This document shows, piece by piece, positions 40,479-51,278 of a stretch of 64,000 nt of DNA. The position numbers were made by a program, and so were the translations under genes. The stretch spans positions 71,056 to 135,055 of the forward strand of contig JBBDTI010000031.1 in assembly GCA_040904565.1 (NCBI GenBank), given 5' to 3'. Numbering within the stretch: the stretch's first letter is position 1; every line of letters begins with the position of its first letter. The notes beneath the pieces were generated by a model that saw only the letters and a list, made by a program, of their open reading frames with translations, was not told where the DNA came from and did no database searches. Origin of the DNA: Rhodothermales bacterium. Lineage in GTDB: Bacteria > Bacteroidota > Rhodothermia > Rhodothermales > VXPQ01.

Positions 40479-41057
40479 ATGGCTGATACAAGTGATTTTA
40501 GAAACGGGCTCACGCTGGTCTGGCACGGAGACCTGTGGTCGATCGTTGACTTTCTTCACGTGAAGCCTGGTAAGGGCGGGGCCTTCGTGCGGACGAAGCT
40601 GAAGAATGTTCGTTCCGGAAAGGTAGTGGATAATACGTTCCGTGCCGGCGAAAAGGTGGAAACCGCACGTATTGAGCGCCGACCGCATCAGTATCTGTAC
40701 AAAGATGATCTGGGGCTTCACTTCATGAACACCGAGACCTACGAACAGTTTTCGCTGCCGGCCGAACGGGTTGCCGGTCGGGAGTTCATGAAGGAGGGTG
40801 GCATGGTGGACATCCTGTTCTATGCGGAGAAAGAAGAGCCGCTGACCGTAGAGATCCCGGAGCGTGTCGATTACGAAGTGGTGAAGACCGATCCGGGGCT
40901 CAAAGGTGATACGGCTACCGGAGGCAGCAAACCCGCCACGGTGGAGAGTGGTGCGGTGGTTCAGGTGCCCCTCTTCATCGAGGAGGGTGACGTGATCACC
41001 GTCAATACGGAGACGGGTGAGTACGTTACGCGCGTTTCGACAGCCAACAAGGTCTGA
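40479..41057 (+). CDS. efp: Elongation factor P
   Basis: [37 protein letters not shown]. Confidence 0.97.
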   Translation: MADTSDFRNGLTLVWHGDLWSIVDFLHVKPGKGGAFVRTKLKNVRSGKVVDNTFRAGEKVETARIERRPHQYLYKDDLGLHFMNTETYEQFSLPAERVAGREFMKEGGMVDILFYAEKEEPLTVEIPERVDYEVVKTDPGLKGDTATGGSKPATVESGAVVQVPLFIEEGDVITVNTETGEYVTRVSTANKV

Positions 41058-41116
41058 TCGGAGCGTGCCGTTGTCGCCAGCACCCATCGATATCCTGTAC
41101 ATTCAGGTTCGTCATA

Positions 41117-41677
41117 ATGGATCTCGCCAAGATCAAAGAGCTACTGAGAATAGTCGCCGAGAGCGGCGTTGCCGAAGTCGAAATCGAGGAGGATGAGTTC
41201 AAGCTCGTCGTTCGGAAGAACGCGCCCTCGGTAATGATGCAGTCTCCGCCGATGTATCCGTCGTACGGGATGCCGTACCCGATGGGAGGCTTTCCATCCG
41301 AGGGGAGCGCGCCGTCCGCGATGTCCGGAGCTCCCGCCCAGCCTTCATCGCAGCCGTCTTCCTCGGCCACGTCAGATGCTTCAGCGGGCTCGGAGGCAGG
41401 CGGACAGGACGACTCGGCGTCGGCTTCTGCGGAGAATGAGGTGGTGGTAAAGGCACCGATTGTGGGCACGTTCTACCGGAAGCCCTCGCCGGACGAGGAT
41501 GATTTTGTGGCCGTTGGGGACGAGGTGAATGCCGGCGACGTCCTCTGTATCATCGAGGCGATGAAGCTGATGAATGAAATCGAATGTGAGGTACATGGGC
41601 ACGTCAAGAAAATATTCGTCGAGGATGCGCAGCCGGTCGAGTACGACCAGCCTCTTTTCGTGATCGAAACTCCGTAG
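41117..41677 (+). CDS. accB: Acetyl-CoA carboxylase biotin carboxyl carrier protein
   Basis: APIVGTFYR; [11 protein letters not shown] contains the biotinylated lysine. Confidence 0.96.
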   Translation: MDLAKIKELLRIVAESGVAEVEIEEDEFKLVVRKNAPSVMMQSPPMYPSYGMPYPMGGFPSEGSAPSAMSGAPAQPSSQPSSSATSDASAGSEAGGQDDSASASAENEVVVKAPIVGTFYRKPSPDEDDFVAVGDEVNAGDVLCIIEAMKLMNEIECEVHGHVKKIFVEDAQPVEYDQPLFVIETP

Positions 41678-41757
41678 CGCGGTTTCCAGCCTATCATTTC
41701 TTCCGGCGGTGAACGCCGCTAATCCACGTAAAAGCTAAGGTCGAAGAGTCCGGCACG

Positions 41758-43140
41758 GTGATCAAGAAGGTCCTTATTGCAAATCGCGGAGAGATCGCGC
41801 TCCGCATCATTCGTACCTGCCATGAAATGGGCCTGCGTACCGTCGCGGTGTTCTCGACGGCGGATCGCGACGCGCTGCACGTCCGTTTTGCCGACGAAGC
41901 CGTCTGTATCGGTCCGCCGCCGTCCAGGGAGAGCTATCTTCGTCCGGATCGTATCATCTCTGCCGTGGAAGTCACGGGAGCTGATGCCGTTCATCCCGGA
42001 TACGGCTTTCTGTCAGAGAATGCCGATTTCAGCGCCATCTGCGAAGACCACGGTGTCACGTTCATCGGCCCGCCTCCGGAAACGATCCGCCTGATGGGAG
42101 ACAAGAGCGAGGCCAAGGCGACGATGGACCAGGCGGGCGTGCCCACCGTTCCGGGCTCGAAGGGCATTGTTGAGGACGTGAAGTCAGGTAAGCGGGTGGC
42201 TGCGGAGATCGGATATCCGGTCATGATCAAAGCGTCAGCAGGCGGCGGTGGGCGGGGGATGCGCGTCGTTCGCACGGAGGACGAGTTCGCGCGCCAGTTC
42301 TCGGCGGCGCGGACTGAGGCGGAAGCGTCGTTTGGCAATCCCGACGTCTACCTCGAAAAGTTCGTCGTCGAGCCACGCCACGTCGAGATACAGGTGCTCG
42401 GCGACGGTCAGGGTAACGTAATTCATTTTGGCGAGCGCGAGTGCTCCATCCAACGCCGGCACCAGAAGCTGCTCGAGGAGGCGCCGTCGCCGGTCGTAGA
42501 TGCCGATCTCCGCCGGCGTATGGGCGAGGCGGCGGTGGCGGGCTCCGAAGCGGTCAACTACACGGGAGCCGGAACGGTGGAATTTCTCGTGGATGCGGAT
42601 CGTAACTTTTACTTCATGGAGATGAATACACGGATCCAGGTAGAGCATCCCGTGACGGAGGAGATCACGGATTGCGACCTGATCGAGTATCAGATTCGTG
42701 TGGCGATGGGTGAAAACGTGCGAAAGCGAGACGTTGCGATGGACGGCCACGCGATCGAATGTCGCATCAACGCAGAAAACCCATTTAATAGGTTCAGCCC
42801 GTCCCCCGGTAAGATCACCGCGTTTCATCCGCCCGGAGGTCACGGGGTTCGGGTCGACACGCACGCGTACGGCGGATATTCGATACCGCAGTACTATGAC
42901 TCGCTCGTAGCGAAGCTTATCGTACGCGGGCGTACCCGCGAACTGGCGATTCGTAAGATGATGCGTGCGCTCGATGAGTTCGTCATCGAGGGCGTGCATA
43001 CGACCATCCCGTTTCATCGCCAGCTCATGGCCGATTCCGCCTTTCAAGCCGGTGAATTTACCACGGGCTTTCTGGATACCTTCGAACTCAAGGACCCCGG
43101 AACGGGTATCGACGCTACCCAGCCCGTGCGTGGCCTGTAG
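41758..43140 (+). CDS. accC: Biotin carboxylase
   Basis: [48 protein letters not shown]. Confidence 0.97.
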   Translation: MIKKVLIANRGEIALRIIRTCHEMGLRTVAVFSTADRDALHVRFADEAVCIGPPPSRESYLRPDRIISAVEVTGADAVHPGYGFLSENADFSAICEDHGVTFIGPPPETIRLMGDKSEAKATMDQAGVPTVPGSKGIVEDVKSGKRVAAEIGYPVMIKASAGGGGRGMRVVRTEDEFARQFSAARTEAEASFGNPDVYLEKFVVEPRHVEIQVLGDGQGNVIHFGERECSIQRRHQKLLEEAPSPVVDADLRRRMGEAAVAGSEAVNYTGAGTVEFLVDADRNFYFMEMNTRIQVEHPVTEEITDCDLIEYQIRVAMGENVRKRDVAMDGHAIECRINAENPFNRFSPSPGKITAFHPPGGHGVRVDTHAYGGYSIPQYYDSLVAKLIVRGRTRELAIRKMMRALDEFVIEGVHTTIPFHRQLMADSAFQAGEFTTGFLDTFELKDPGTGIDATQPVRGL

Positions 43141-43209
43141 ACGTACGACGTCTCCACTGCAGGTCGAATCTTACATACCTTCAACCACTCAGGCAGTACG
43201 TACAGCTCC

Positions 43210-43593
43210 ATGAAGATCCCGGATGAACTTCGATATACGAAAGAGCACGAGTGGATTCGGATCGAGGACGACGGTGAAACGGCTGTCATCGGTGTGACGG
43301 ATTTTGCGCAGGGAGAGCTCGGCGACATCGTGTTCGTGGAGATCGAGCCGGTTGATTCCGAAATCGATAAGGACGAACCCTTCGGTACGGTCGAGGCCGT
43401 AAAGACCGTCTCGGAGCTGTTCATGCCGTTATCGGGTCGTATCGCTGAGATCAATGAGGAACTCGAGGCACATCCCGAATACGTTAACGACGATCCATAC
43501 GGAGAGGGCTGGATGGTCAAGATCCGACTTTCGGATCCCGATGAATCCCACGATCTCCTGGACGCCGATCAGTACGCGTCGATGATCGGCTAG
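43210..43593 (+). CDS. gcvH: Glycine cleavage system H protein
   Basis: YTKEHEW, GVTDFAQGELGDIVFV, VEAVKT (lipoyl lysine), PYGEGW. Confidence 0.96.
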   Translation: MKIPDELRYTKEHEWIRIEDDGETAVIGVTDFAQGELGDIVFVEIEPVDSEIDKDEPFGTVEAVKTVSELFMPLSGRIAEINEELEAHPEYVNDDPYGEGWMVKIRLSDPDESHDLLDADQYASMIG

Positions 43594-43678
43594 CTGCTGG
43601 TGACAGCGCGGGTTGCGCGGCCCGATTCCCGTACCCCATCCTGGACGTCGATACCCGTAATTCGCAAACGGACACGTA

Positions 43679-45247
43679 ATGCACGAGCGCATCATTATAC
43701 TCGACTTCGGAAGTCAGTACACGCAGCTCATCGCGCGGCGCATCCGCGAAGCGGGCGTGTACTCCGAGATTCATCCCTGCACGGTTTCTCCTGAGGAGAT
43801 CCGCGAGATGAACCCAAAGGGGCTCATCCTTTCCGGAGGCCCCTTTTCCGTGTTCGATCCGGAGGGACCGCAGCTCGATCCCGCGTACCTTGAAATGGAG
43901 CGGGGGGATGGTGGGTTGGTCCCTGTGCTCGGCATTTGCTATGGGTTGCAGGCGATGGCGCATCTTTTGGATGGATCGGTCGAGCGGGCAGATCGCCGCG
44001 AATTCGGTAGGGCGAATCTGCTTATCGACGATCCGTCGGGATTGTTTGAAGGAGTGCCGAGCGGTACGACGGTGTGGATGAGTCACAGCGACCATCTGAC
44101 GGCCCTGCCGGAGGGATACACCGTCATCGCGCATACGGATAATGCGCCGATCGCGGCCGTAAAATCCAATCTCCTGCCCCATTTTGGCGTCCAGTTTCAC
44201 CCTGAGGTCGTGCACACGGATTCCGGGCGTCTCATTCTCGAGAACTTCGCGCTGGACATCTGCGCGTGCCGGGGCGACTGGACGCCGTCCTCGTTTGTCG
44301 AAGAAAAAACAGCGGAAATTCGCGAGCTGGTCGGTGACGATCACGTTATCCTCGGATTGTCGGGAGGCGTTGATTCCTCCGTGGCCGCCGTCCTCCTTTA
44401 CGAAGCGATCGGCGAGCAGCTCACGTGCATTTTCGTCAATAACGGGGTACTCCGGAAGGCGGAATGGGGACAGGTCCAGAAAACGTTTCGAGATCACTAT
44501 CATATCCGCCTGAAGGCCATCGACGCGAGCAATCTGTTCCTCGATCGGTTGGAGGGCGTCGCGGAGCCTGAGAAGAAGCGAAAGGTCATCGGGAACACGT
44601 TTGTCGAGGTTTTCGATACGGCAACGGATGAGATCGCGAAGGAGATCGGTACCCGGCCCACGTATCTGGCGCAGGGTACGCTTTATCCCGACGTGATCGA
44701 AAGCATATCGTTCAAAGGCCCTTCGGCGACGATTAAGACGCATCACAACGTCGGAGGCCTGCCTGAGAAGCTTAATTTCGATATCATCGAGCCGTTCCGG
44801 GAGCTTTTCAAGGACGAGGTGCGCGAAATCGGACGGATTCTCGGCGTGCCCGACGCCATCATCAACCGGCATCCGTTCCCGGGGCCCGGTCTGGCGATAC
44901 GCGTGATTGGACCCGTCACACGTGAGGATCTCCAGATACTCAGAGAGGCCGACGCGATCTTTATCGAAGAGCTCCAGCTCAGTGGTCTGTATCATACCGT
45001 CTGGCAGGCCTTCGCCGTGCTGTTACCCGTGCAGACGGTCGGCGTAATGGGGGATGAGCGGACGTACGAGAACGTTTGTGCCTTGCGGGCTGTTACCAGT
45101 GTGGATGGGATGACGGCCGACTGGGCCCAGCTACCCTACGACTTTCTGGGACGTGTGTCGAACCGAATCGTCAACGAGATCCCCGGTATCAACCGCACGG
45201 TATACGATATCAGTTCAAAGCCCCCCGCGACGATCGAATGGGAATAA
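43679..45247 (+). CDS. guaA: GMP synthase (glutamine-hydrolysing)
   Basis: [48 protein letters not shown]. Confidence 0.98.
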   Translation: MHERIIILDFGSQYTQLIARRIREAGVYSEIHPCTVSPEEIREMNPKGLILSGGPFSVFDPEGPQLDPAYLEMERGDGGLVPVLGICYGLQAMAHLLDGSVERADRREFGRANLLIDDPSGLFEGVPSGTTVWMSHSDHLTALPEGYTVIAHTDNAPIAAVKSNLLPHFGVQFHPEVVHTDSGRLILENFALDICACRGDWTPSSFVEEKTAEIRELVGDDHVILGLSGGVDSSVAAVLLYEAIGEQLTCIFVNNGVLRKAEWGQVQKTFRDHYHIRLKAIDASNLFLDRLEGVAEPEKKRKVIGNTFVEVFDTATDEIAKEIGTRPTYLAQGTLYPDVIESISFKGPSATIKTHHNVGGLPEKLNFDIIEPFRELFKDEVREIGRILGVPDAIINRHPFPGPGLAIRVIGPVTREDLQILREADAIFIEELQLSGLYHTVWQAFAVLLPVQTVGVMGDERTYENVCALRAVTSVDGMTADWAQLPYDFLGRVSNRIVNEIPGINRTVYDISSKPPATIEWE

Positions 45248-46704
45248 CTAGACGATGGCTCTTTACCGCGTGCCGGTTCGTGGTCCTTGCCGGCCTCATC
45301 GCGACCGCTACGCCTGCGTCCGTCTACGCACAGGACGCGATTCCGACCATTGAAGATGCCGAGCTCGTATTCGGACAGGGCGTGGACGCCTTCGAGTCCG
45401 GCGACTATGAGACGGCGCACCGCCGTTTTCGGGTGGTCTTCGAAACGTACGAGTTGAACCGGAAGACGACCGCCGCCTTGCTGATGGCTGCGAAGGCACT
45501 CTACCGCGCGGATCGCTTCGAGGAAGCCGTGGATCTGTCGGAGCGGCTGATCGAGGAGTATCCGAGTAGCGGCTACCTCGAGGAGGCCCGACGTGTGCGT
45601 CGACTCGCTAATGGGCAGCTCGATCGTGAGGCAGCGAGGCGGGAGCCCAGAGAGATCGGTGTGCTCCTTCCCCTGCGGGACGATGACGCTACGCTCTCGC
45701 AGGCTCTCTTTACGGGCGTGCGGATCGCCGTCGACGAACACAACAGATTAAATGAGGAGCATCCCGTCCGGCTGGTATTCCGGGATACGTACGCGAATCC
45801 GTCGAGGGCCCCGTCGCTGGTCCGCGAACTCGCCGCTGCGGACGTCGACGTTCTCATCGGGCCCCTCTACAGTTCGGAAGCGATGGCCGCCGCGGAGGCT
45901 GCCGAGCTGGCACGTGTCGTATTGGTCGCGCCGCTGGCGAACAACGAAGCCGTATCCGAGGGCCGCGAATACGTGTTTCAGGCCAACCCGACATTCACGA
46001 TGCGTGGTCGCCTGATGGCACGATTCGCGATGCGCGGGCTGCTGCTGGACAATTTTGGGATCATCGCCGAGCGGGACCCCGAACAGATCAGCGAGCGGAT
46101 GGCCGAAGGATTTCAGGATGAGCTGATGCTGAGCGGCAAGCAGACGCACTATTACCGGCTTCTGCAGTCTCAGAACGATTGGGGGCAGCTGGCCGATACC
46201 GTTGGAGCAGATACACTTGGACGCGCGGAAGCCGTCTATTTGCCAATTGCCGGTGGCGAGTCGATCGCCCGTATCGATGCGGCCCTTTCCAGTTTCGATC
46301 GTATGGGGATGAGCAATCAGATTCGCGTTCTCGGCAACACCGAATGGCACGATGCACCGAATGCCTCGCGCGCGTCCCGCTACGCAACCACGTATTCGAA
46401 CGATTTCTACGTGGAGGGAGAGGACGCGTCCGTTCGAGCCTTCAGTCGTCGGTTCGAAGAGATCGTTGGGGAAGCACCGGATCCTGAAAACACCATCGGT
46501 CGACTGGCCTATACGGGATACGACCTTACTCGTTACCTTCTGCCGCTTATTACGTCGGGTTCAGCGTCCAATCTTTCCGATCGCATCCACGCGGCTTCGA
46601 CGTACCAGGGGCTCGGGATCCGGCTGGATTTTTCGCGGGGTAACGTGAACGAGGCTCTGTACTATTTTCGCTACCAGGACGGGAGACTTCGGATGCTTCG
46701 ATGA
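45238..46704 (+). CDS. Exported TPR + periplasmic binding protein fold (LpoA-like) protein
   Basis: Signal peptide, TPR-like N-terminus ([14 protein letters not shown]), type I PBP-like region (IGVLLPL...[10 protein letters not shown]...VLIGPLYS...AYTGYD). Confidence 0.7.
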   Translation: MGITRRWLFTACRFVVLAGLIATATPASVYAQDAIPTIEDAELVFGQGVDAFESGDYETAHRRFRVVFETYELNRKTTAALLMAAKALYRADRFEEAVDLSERLIEEYPSSGYLEEARRVRRLANGQLDREAARREPREIGVLLPLRDDDATLSQALFTGVRIAVDEHNRLNEEHPVRLVFRDTYANPSRAPSLVRELAAADVDVLIGPLYSSEAMAAAEAAELARVVLVAPLANNEAVSEGREYVFQANPTFTMRGRLMARFAMRGLLLDNFGIIAERDPEQISERMAEGFQDELMLSGKQTHYYRLLQSQNDWGQLADTVGADTLGRAEAVYLPIAGGESIARIDAALSSFDRMGMSNQIRVLGNTEWHDAPNASRASRYATTYSNDFYVEGEDASVRAFSRRFEEIVGEAPDPENTIGRLAYTGYDLTRYLLPLITSGSASNLSDRIHAASTYQGLGIRLDFSRGNVNEALYYFRYQDGRLRMLR

Positions 46705-46905
46705 AACCCTATCCGCCCTCCCAGAACGGAACTGCCGTTAGGAGGTAACGTACCAACTCAGCCGTTCTTCCGGGGACATACCGGTCGTCGCGCCGCGTGT
46801 GCGTCCAGATCAGTTCCAGCGCGTTTGGCAGCCTTGTAGATCGATATCGTGGCGCACTATTTCCGACTTCAGGAATTGAAGGTACCGGCTACCATTTTGA
46901 GATAT

Positions 46906-47715
46906 ATGCGTGTTCGACACTCCATTTCCGTATTCCTGCTGCTCGCAGCGGTCCTGCTGGCTTCCTGTGCCGGTGCCGGGCGTATTCGCTACGATTCGCC
47001 GGAAGAGGCCTACAATCGGGGAATGGAGCATTTCGAGGAGGGACGGTACGAACGTGCCGCGCAATATTTTCAGGGCGTGTTCGACTACGGACGCACCACG
47101 GACGTCGCCGCTGACGCGCAATTGAATCTCGGCCGCGCGTACTTCGAAAACGGGGACTATCTGCTTGCAGCCAACGAATACACGAGGTTTATAAGCACGT
47201 ATCGTAACGATCCGCGTGCGGAGGAGGCGGACTACGAGCGAGCCCTGGCCTATTACGAATTGTCGCCCCAGTATCAGCTTGACCAGACCAACACGCGTCA
47301 GGCGATTACCTACCTGCAGCTCTTTCTGGATCGATATCCAAACTCTGATCTCAAGGACGAGGCAGAGGCACGGATTGCCGAACTTCGAGAAAAGCTGGCT
47401 CACAAGGCCTATGCTGCCGGCGGTTTGTACGAGCGCCGGGAGATGTACGAAGCCGCTGCGCTTCAGTACGTACGAGTCTTCGACGATTACCCGGATACGG
47501 CGTGGGCAGACGATGCGCTGCTCGGCGCCATTCGCAGCTACATCGGATTCGCACGAAGAAGTGTGGAAGCGAGACAACCCGAGCGACTTCGAAGAGCCGT
47601 CGAGAATTACGAGCGGCTGGTACAGCTCTTTCCAGATAGCCCGCTCATCGAAGAGGCTGAAGGCTATTATCAGGATGCCGTAGGCCAGCTCGAGCAGCTC
47701 ATCAGCGGCACCTGA
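46906..47715 (+). CDS. bamD: Outer membrane protein assembly factor BamD
   Basis: Lipobox LASC, TPR repeats, [33 protein letters not shown]. Confidence 0.9.
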   Translation: MRVRHSISVFLLLAAVLLASCAGAGRIRYDSPEEAYNRGMEHFEEGRYERAAQYFQGVFDYGRTTDVAADAQLNLGRAYFENGDYLLAANEYTRFISTYRNDPRAEEADYERALAYYELSPQYQLDQTNTRQAITYLQLFLDRYPNSDLKDEAEARIAELREKLAHKAYAAGGLYERREMYEAAALQYVRVFDDYPDTAWADDALLGAIRSYIGFARRSVEARQPERLRRAVENYERLVQLFPDSPLIEEAEGYYQDAVGQLEQLISGT

Positions 47716-47754
47716 TTTGTCTCGTTACAACGATCGTCTCACGTTGAGGTACGC

Positions 47755-48357
47755 GTGACATCATCCGCTACGGACAGACAGCGTGTAGGCATTTTCGGGG
47801 GCTCGTTCAACCCGCCGCACGTCGCCCATTTGATCGTCGCGGAAATCGTCCGCGAGCAGTTCACCCTCGATCACATCTTGTGGATACCGAACTATCGGTC
47901 ACCGCTGAAGGATGAGGCCGGTCTGGTCGATGCAACCGACCGCCTTGCCATGACGCGGATCGCGACCGAGGCGAATGATGCTTTTTCGGTATCGAATATC
48001 GAAGTGAAGCGTGCCGGCGCCTCCTATACGATCGACACGGTACGTGCTCTCCAGGACCAGCGGCCGGAGACCATCTTTCATCTCATGATCGGCAGCGACA
48101 GTCTGGCCGATATCGATCGGTGGCACGAACCGCGCAGGCTGCTCGAGCGCGTCCCATTTATCGTTTATCCGCGGCCTGGGGACGAGGACGTTGAGGCTCC
48201 GAACGATATGCGCGAGCGCATTTCATTCGCGGATGCGCCGCTCCTCGACCTCTCGAGCACGGGCATCCGCGAGCGGATACGAACCGGCCGTTCGATTCGC
48301 TACATGGTTCCGGAAGGTGTGCGCGACTACGTCGACACCCACCGATTATATCGGTAG
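47755..48357 (+). CDS. nadD: Nicotinate-nucleotide adenylyltransferase
   Basis: GIFGGSFNPPHVAH, SYTIDT, IGSDS, LSSTGIRERI. Confidence 0.95.
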   Translation: MTSSATDRQRVGIFGGSFNPPHVAHLIVAEIVREQFTLDHILWIPNYRSPLKDEAGLVDATDRLAMTRIATEANDAFSVSNIEVKRAGASYTIDTVRALQDQRPETIFHLMIGSDSLADIDRWHEPRRLLERVPFIVYPRPGDEDVEAPNDMRERISFADAPLLDLSSTGIRERIRTGRSIRYMVPEGVRDYVDTHRLYR

Positions 48358-48531
48358 CGAGAGCAAGAACCGTACGGTGTGGTATCTGAAGCGGCTGCCA
48401 GGTACCCGGGCATCGAGGACCTGCGGCCTCACGGGGGGCGTCCGGTGCATCGACCCCCGAGGTGGAAACACGTCCGCTTCGATCCGGTGTACCATGTGAG
48501 GCGAGACACTTTGAATAAATAGCGTGACGAG

Positions 48532-49119
48532 ATGGCTGCGACGCAATCGGTAATGATCGAACTGGGAATGCAGGCTCCGTCGTTCGAACTGCCTGCAGCG
48601 AACCCGGCGGTGGACGAAAAAGGTGAGACGAAGCGGAGGCTGGCGGACTACGACGATGCGGAAGCGCTCGTCGTCGTGTTTACGTGTAATCACTGTCCGT
48701 ACGCCAAGCACGTGGAGGACCGACTGATCGAGGTCGCCGAGGCGTATACGTCACGCGGGGTACAGGTCCTGGCCATCAGTTCGAATGACGCGGATAAGTA
48801 TCCGGATGACTCCTTCGATGCCATGAAGCAGCGGGCGAGGGAGAAGGACTATCCCTTCCCGTACCTGTATGATGAATCGCAGGAGGTAGCCCGTGCGTAC
48901 AGCGCCGCGTGCACGCCTGATTTTTACGTTTTCGACGGCGACAGGAAACTCGTCTACCGGGGCCGGTTCGATGAGACGCGGCCCGGTCAGGGCAGGCCTA
49001 CGGGCGAAGATTTGCGCGGGGCGCTCGACGAGCTGCTGGAGTCGGGACAGGTCTCCCGTGCGCAATATCCGTCCATCGGATGCAACATCAAGTGGAAACC
49101 AGGCAACGCGCCTTCGTAA
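48532..49119 (+). CDS. Thioredoxin-like/AhpC-TSA family protein
   Basis: FTCNHCPY, ISSND, YLYDESQEVA, ACTPDF, SIGCNIKW. Confidence 0.9.
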   Translation: MAATQSVMIELGMQAPSFELPAANPAVDEKGETKRRLADYDDAEALVVVFTCNHCPYAKHVEDRLIEVAEAYTSRGVQVLAISSNDADKYPDDSFDAMKQRAREKDYPFPYLYDESQEVARAYSAACTPDFYVFDGDRKLVYRGRFDETRPGQGRPTGEDLRGALDELLESGQVSRAQYPSIGCNIKWKPGNAPS

Positions 49120-49161
49120 TAGGATCCCCCGCGTTCTCACTCATCCCGGACGCATAGCACA

Positions 49162-50583
49162 TTGGACTGGATCGTACTCCTTCCGCCGGTCGCGGCGATC
49201 GGGTTGGCGATGTGGACGCGGCAGGTCTATCTGTCGCTTCTCTTCGGCATCCTGATCGGAACGGTCCTGCTTGCAGACGGTGACCTGCTGCTCGGACTCC
49301 AGGGGCTCTTCGAACAACTCGTCGCCGTATTCTCCGATTCGGGCAATACACGCGTTATTATTTTTTGTCTGCTTGTTGGCGGACTGATCGCGCTGGTGCA
49401 GGTGTCCGGTGGAGTTCGAGGCTTTATCCATTGGGCGCAGCGGAAGGGCTGGGGTAGATCGCGCCGCGGCGCAGAGCTGCTGGCGTGGGGTGTCGGACTC
49501 GTCATTTTCGTCGAGTCGAGCATCACCTCATTGACCGTCGGTGCGGTCAGCCGGCCCCTGTTCGACACGCTGAATCTGCCGCGCGAGAAGCTGGCTTATT
49601 ATTGCGATGCCACCAGCGCACCCGTGTGCATGATGATCCCGCTCAACGCGTGGGGCGCCTACGTGCTCGGGCTGCTCGCGTCGCAGGGCATCACGGACGG
49701 GGCGGTATCCCTGCTGGTCCGCGCGCTGGCTTTCAATTTCTTTTCGATCGGAGCGATAGGGTTTGCGCTGGCGCTCGCCGTGACGGGATGGAGCTACGGC
49801 CCGATGAGGAGCGCCGAGCGTCGAGCCCGGGATCGAGGCGAGCTGATCCGGCCCGGTTCGCATCCGCTGATTGCCGAGGAGATCGCTGACGTGAAGCCGG
49901 TGGCCGACGCGCCGAATCACGTGAGAGATCTGGCCATCCCGATCGTCGTGATGGTGGGAATGATCTTCGTCGGCCTCTTCGTAACAGGAAGGGGCAACGT
50001 CATGGACGGCAGCGGCTCCACGGCCGTATTGTGGGCCGTGTCGGCGGCCGTTGCTGCTGCCACCGTCCAGTATGCGATACCCAGGGGAGGACGACCGATA
50101 CTCACGATCGGTGAGTCGATGGACTGGATACTGAAGGGATCGTCCGGTCTCGTAGGTGTGACGATCCTGGTCGTCCTGGCCTTCGCGCTTGGTCAGGTAG
50201 CTCGCGCCCTCGAGGTGGGTCCCTTCGTCGTCAGTCTTCTCGGGAGCGGAGGGTCGACGTGGTGGCTGCCGTCAGCCGTTTTCCTGATCGGCAGCTTCGT
50301 CTCGTTCACGCTCGGTTCGTCGTGGACCACGTTCGCCATCGTGCTGCCCGTGGCGATGCCGCTGGCTGAGGGTATGGGTATCTCGGGGCCGCTGATGCTG
50401 GGTGCCGTTCTGTCGGGAGGCATCTTCGGGGATCATACGTCTCCGCTGTCCGACACGTCCATCATCTCCTCGATGTCGGCAGCGTGCGACCACGTCGATC
50501 ACGTGAACTCGCAGATGCCGTACGCTCTCACGGTTGCCGGCCTCTCCTGCGCTGCCTTTGCGATCGCAGGGTTGGTGACCTGA
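49162..50583 (+). CDS. NhaC-family Na+/H+ antiporter-like transporter
   Basis: PREKLAYYCDATSAP, FTLGSSWTTFAI, GGIFGDHTSPLSDTSIISS, DHVNSQMPYA. Confidence 0.88.
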   Translation: MDWIVLLPPVAAIGLAMWTRQVYLSLLFGILIGTVLLADGDLLLGLQGLFEQLVAVFSDSGNTRVIIFCLLVGGLIALVQVSGGVRGFIHWAQRKGWGRSRRGAELLAWGVGLVIFVESSITSLTVGAVSRPLFDTLNLPREKLAYYCDATSAPVCMMIPLNAWGAYVLGLLASQGITDGAVSLLVRALAFNFFSIGAIGFALALAVTGWSYGPMRSAERRARDRGELIRPGSHPLIAEEIADVKPVADAPNHVRDLAIPIVVMVGMIFVGLFVTGRGNVMDGSGSTAVLWAVSAAVAAATVQYAIPRGGRPILTIGESMDWILKGSSGLVGVTILVVLAFALGQVARALEVGPFVVSLLGSGGSTWWLPSAVFLIGSFVSFTLGSSWTTFAIVLPVAMPLAEGMGISGPLMLGAVLSGGIFGDHTSPLSDTSIISSMSAACDHVDHVNSQMPYALTVAGLSCAAFAIAGLVT

Positions 50584-50658
50584 CACGCACGCCGCGGCTT
50601 GTATCGTTGGCCGGCCATTCGTAGCATACCACTGCATTCCATCACACGCAGCCCGTCT

Positions 50659-50874
50659 ATGTTTACCAGCCGTGCGTTTGCATCCTGGCCCCTTATCATT
50701 CTGGGGGCACTCGTCTTCGCGACACTGTTCGGTACGGCGACGTTTATGGGGGACGCCCTGCTCGTCGAAAGTCTGGTTCGTCCGGGGCGAGCCGTCGTCG
50801 GCCTCGGACTGGCTGCCTTCGCAGGCTATATCGGTGTAGCCCTCCTTATCCGATTCGAGACGCGGGATATTTGA
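50659..50874 (+). CDS. Small two-TM hypothetical membrane protein
   Basis: MFTSRAFASWPLIILGALVFATLFG...GLGLAAFAGYIGVALLIRF; lies between co-oriented genes. Confidence 0.5.
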   Translation: MFTSRAFASWPLIILGALVFATLFGTATFMGDALLVESLVRPGRAVVGLGLAAFAGYIGVALLIRFETRDI

Positions 50875-50946
50875 TGGGCCAGGACGCGGCGGTGGGGCCG
50901 CGCCGCAGACTCATTCATGCGTCATATTCGAAGTAGAAGCGTCGCC

Positions 50947-51234
50947 ATGCCTCGAGGTACCGAGAAGTTGGACGTCCGTATCATCGGCCGGGTTCAGGGT
51001 GTCGGATTTCGTCATTTTACGACGCAGCAGGCGCGGCGACTTGGCGTAGATGGTTGGGTTCGAAACGAACCCGACGGGTCCGTGCGCGTGGTGGCGGAAG
51101 GATCGAAGGACGCGCTCGACGAGCTGCTCGATCGACTGCAGGAAGGACCTGCTACCGCACGCGTGGATGAAGTGGGTATTGAGAGGTCGGCCGGGTCGGG
51201 CGGATTCAGCGGTTTCATGGTGCGGTATCACTGA
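50947..51234 (+). CDS. acyP: Acylphosphatase
   Basis: GRVQGVGFR, GWVRNEPDGSV, GPATARV. Confidence 0.93.
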   Translation: MPRGTEKLDVRIIGRVQGVGFRHFTTQQARRLGVDGWVRNEPDGSVRVVAEGSKDALDELLDRLQEGPATARVDEVGIERSAGSGGFSGFMVRYH

Positions 51235-51278
51235 CGCACGGACCGGCACCGTGTGCACGAACCACGCCGGGCGGAGCG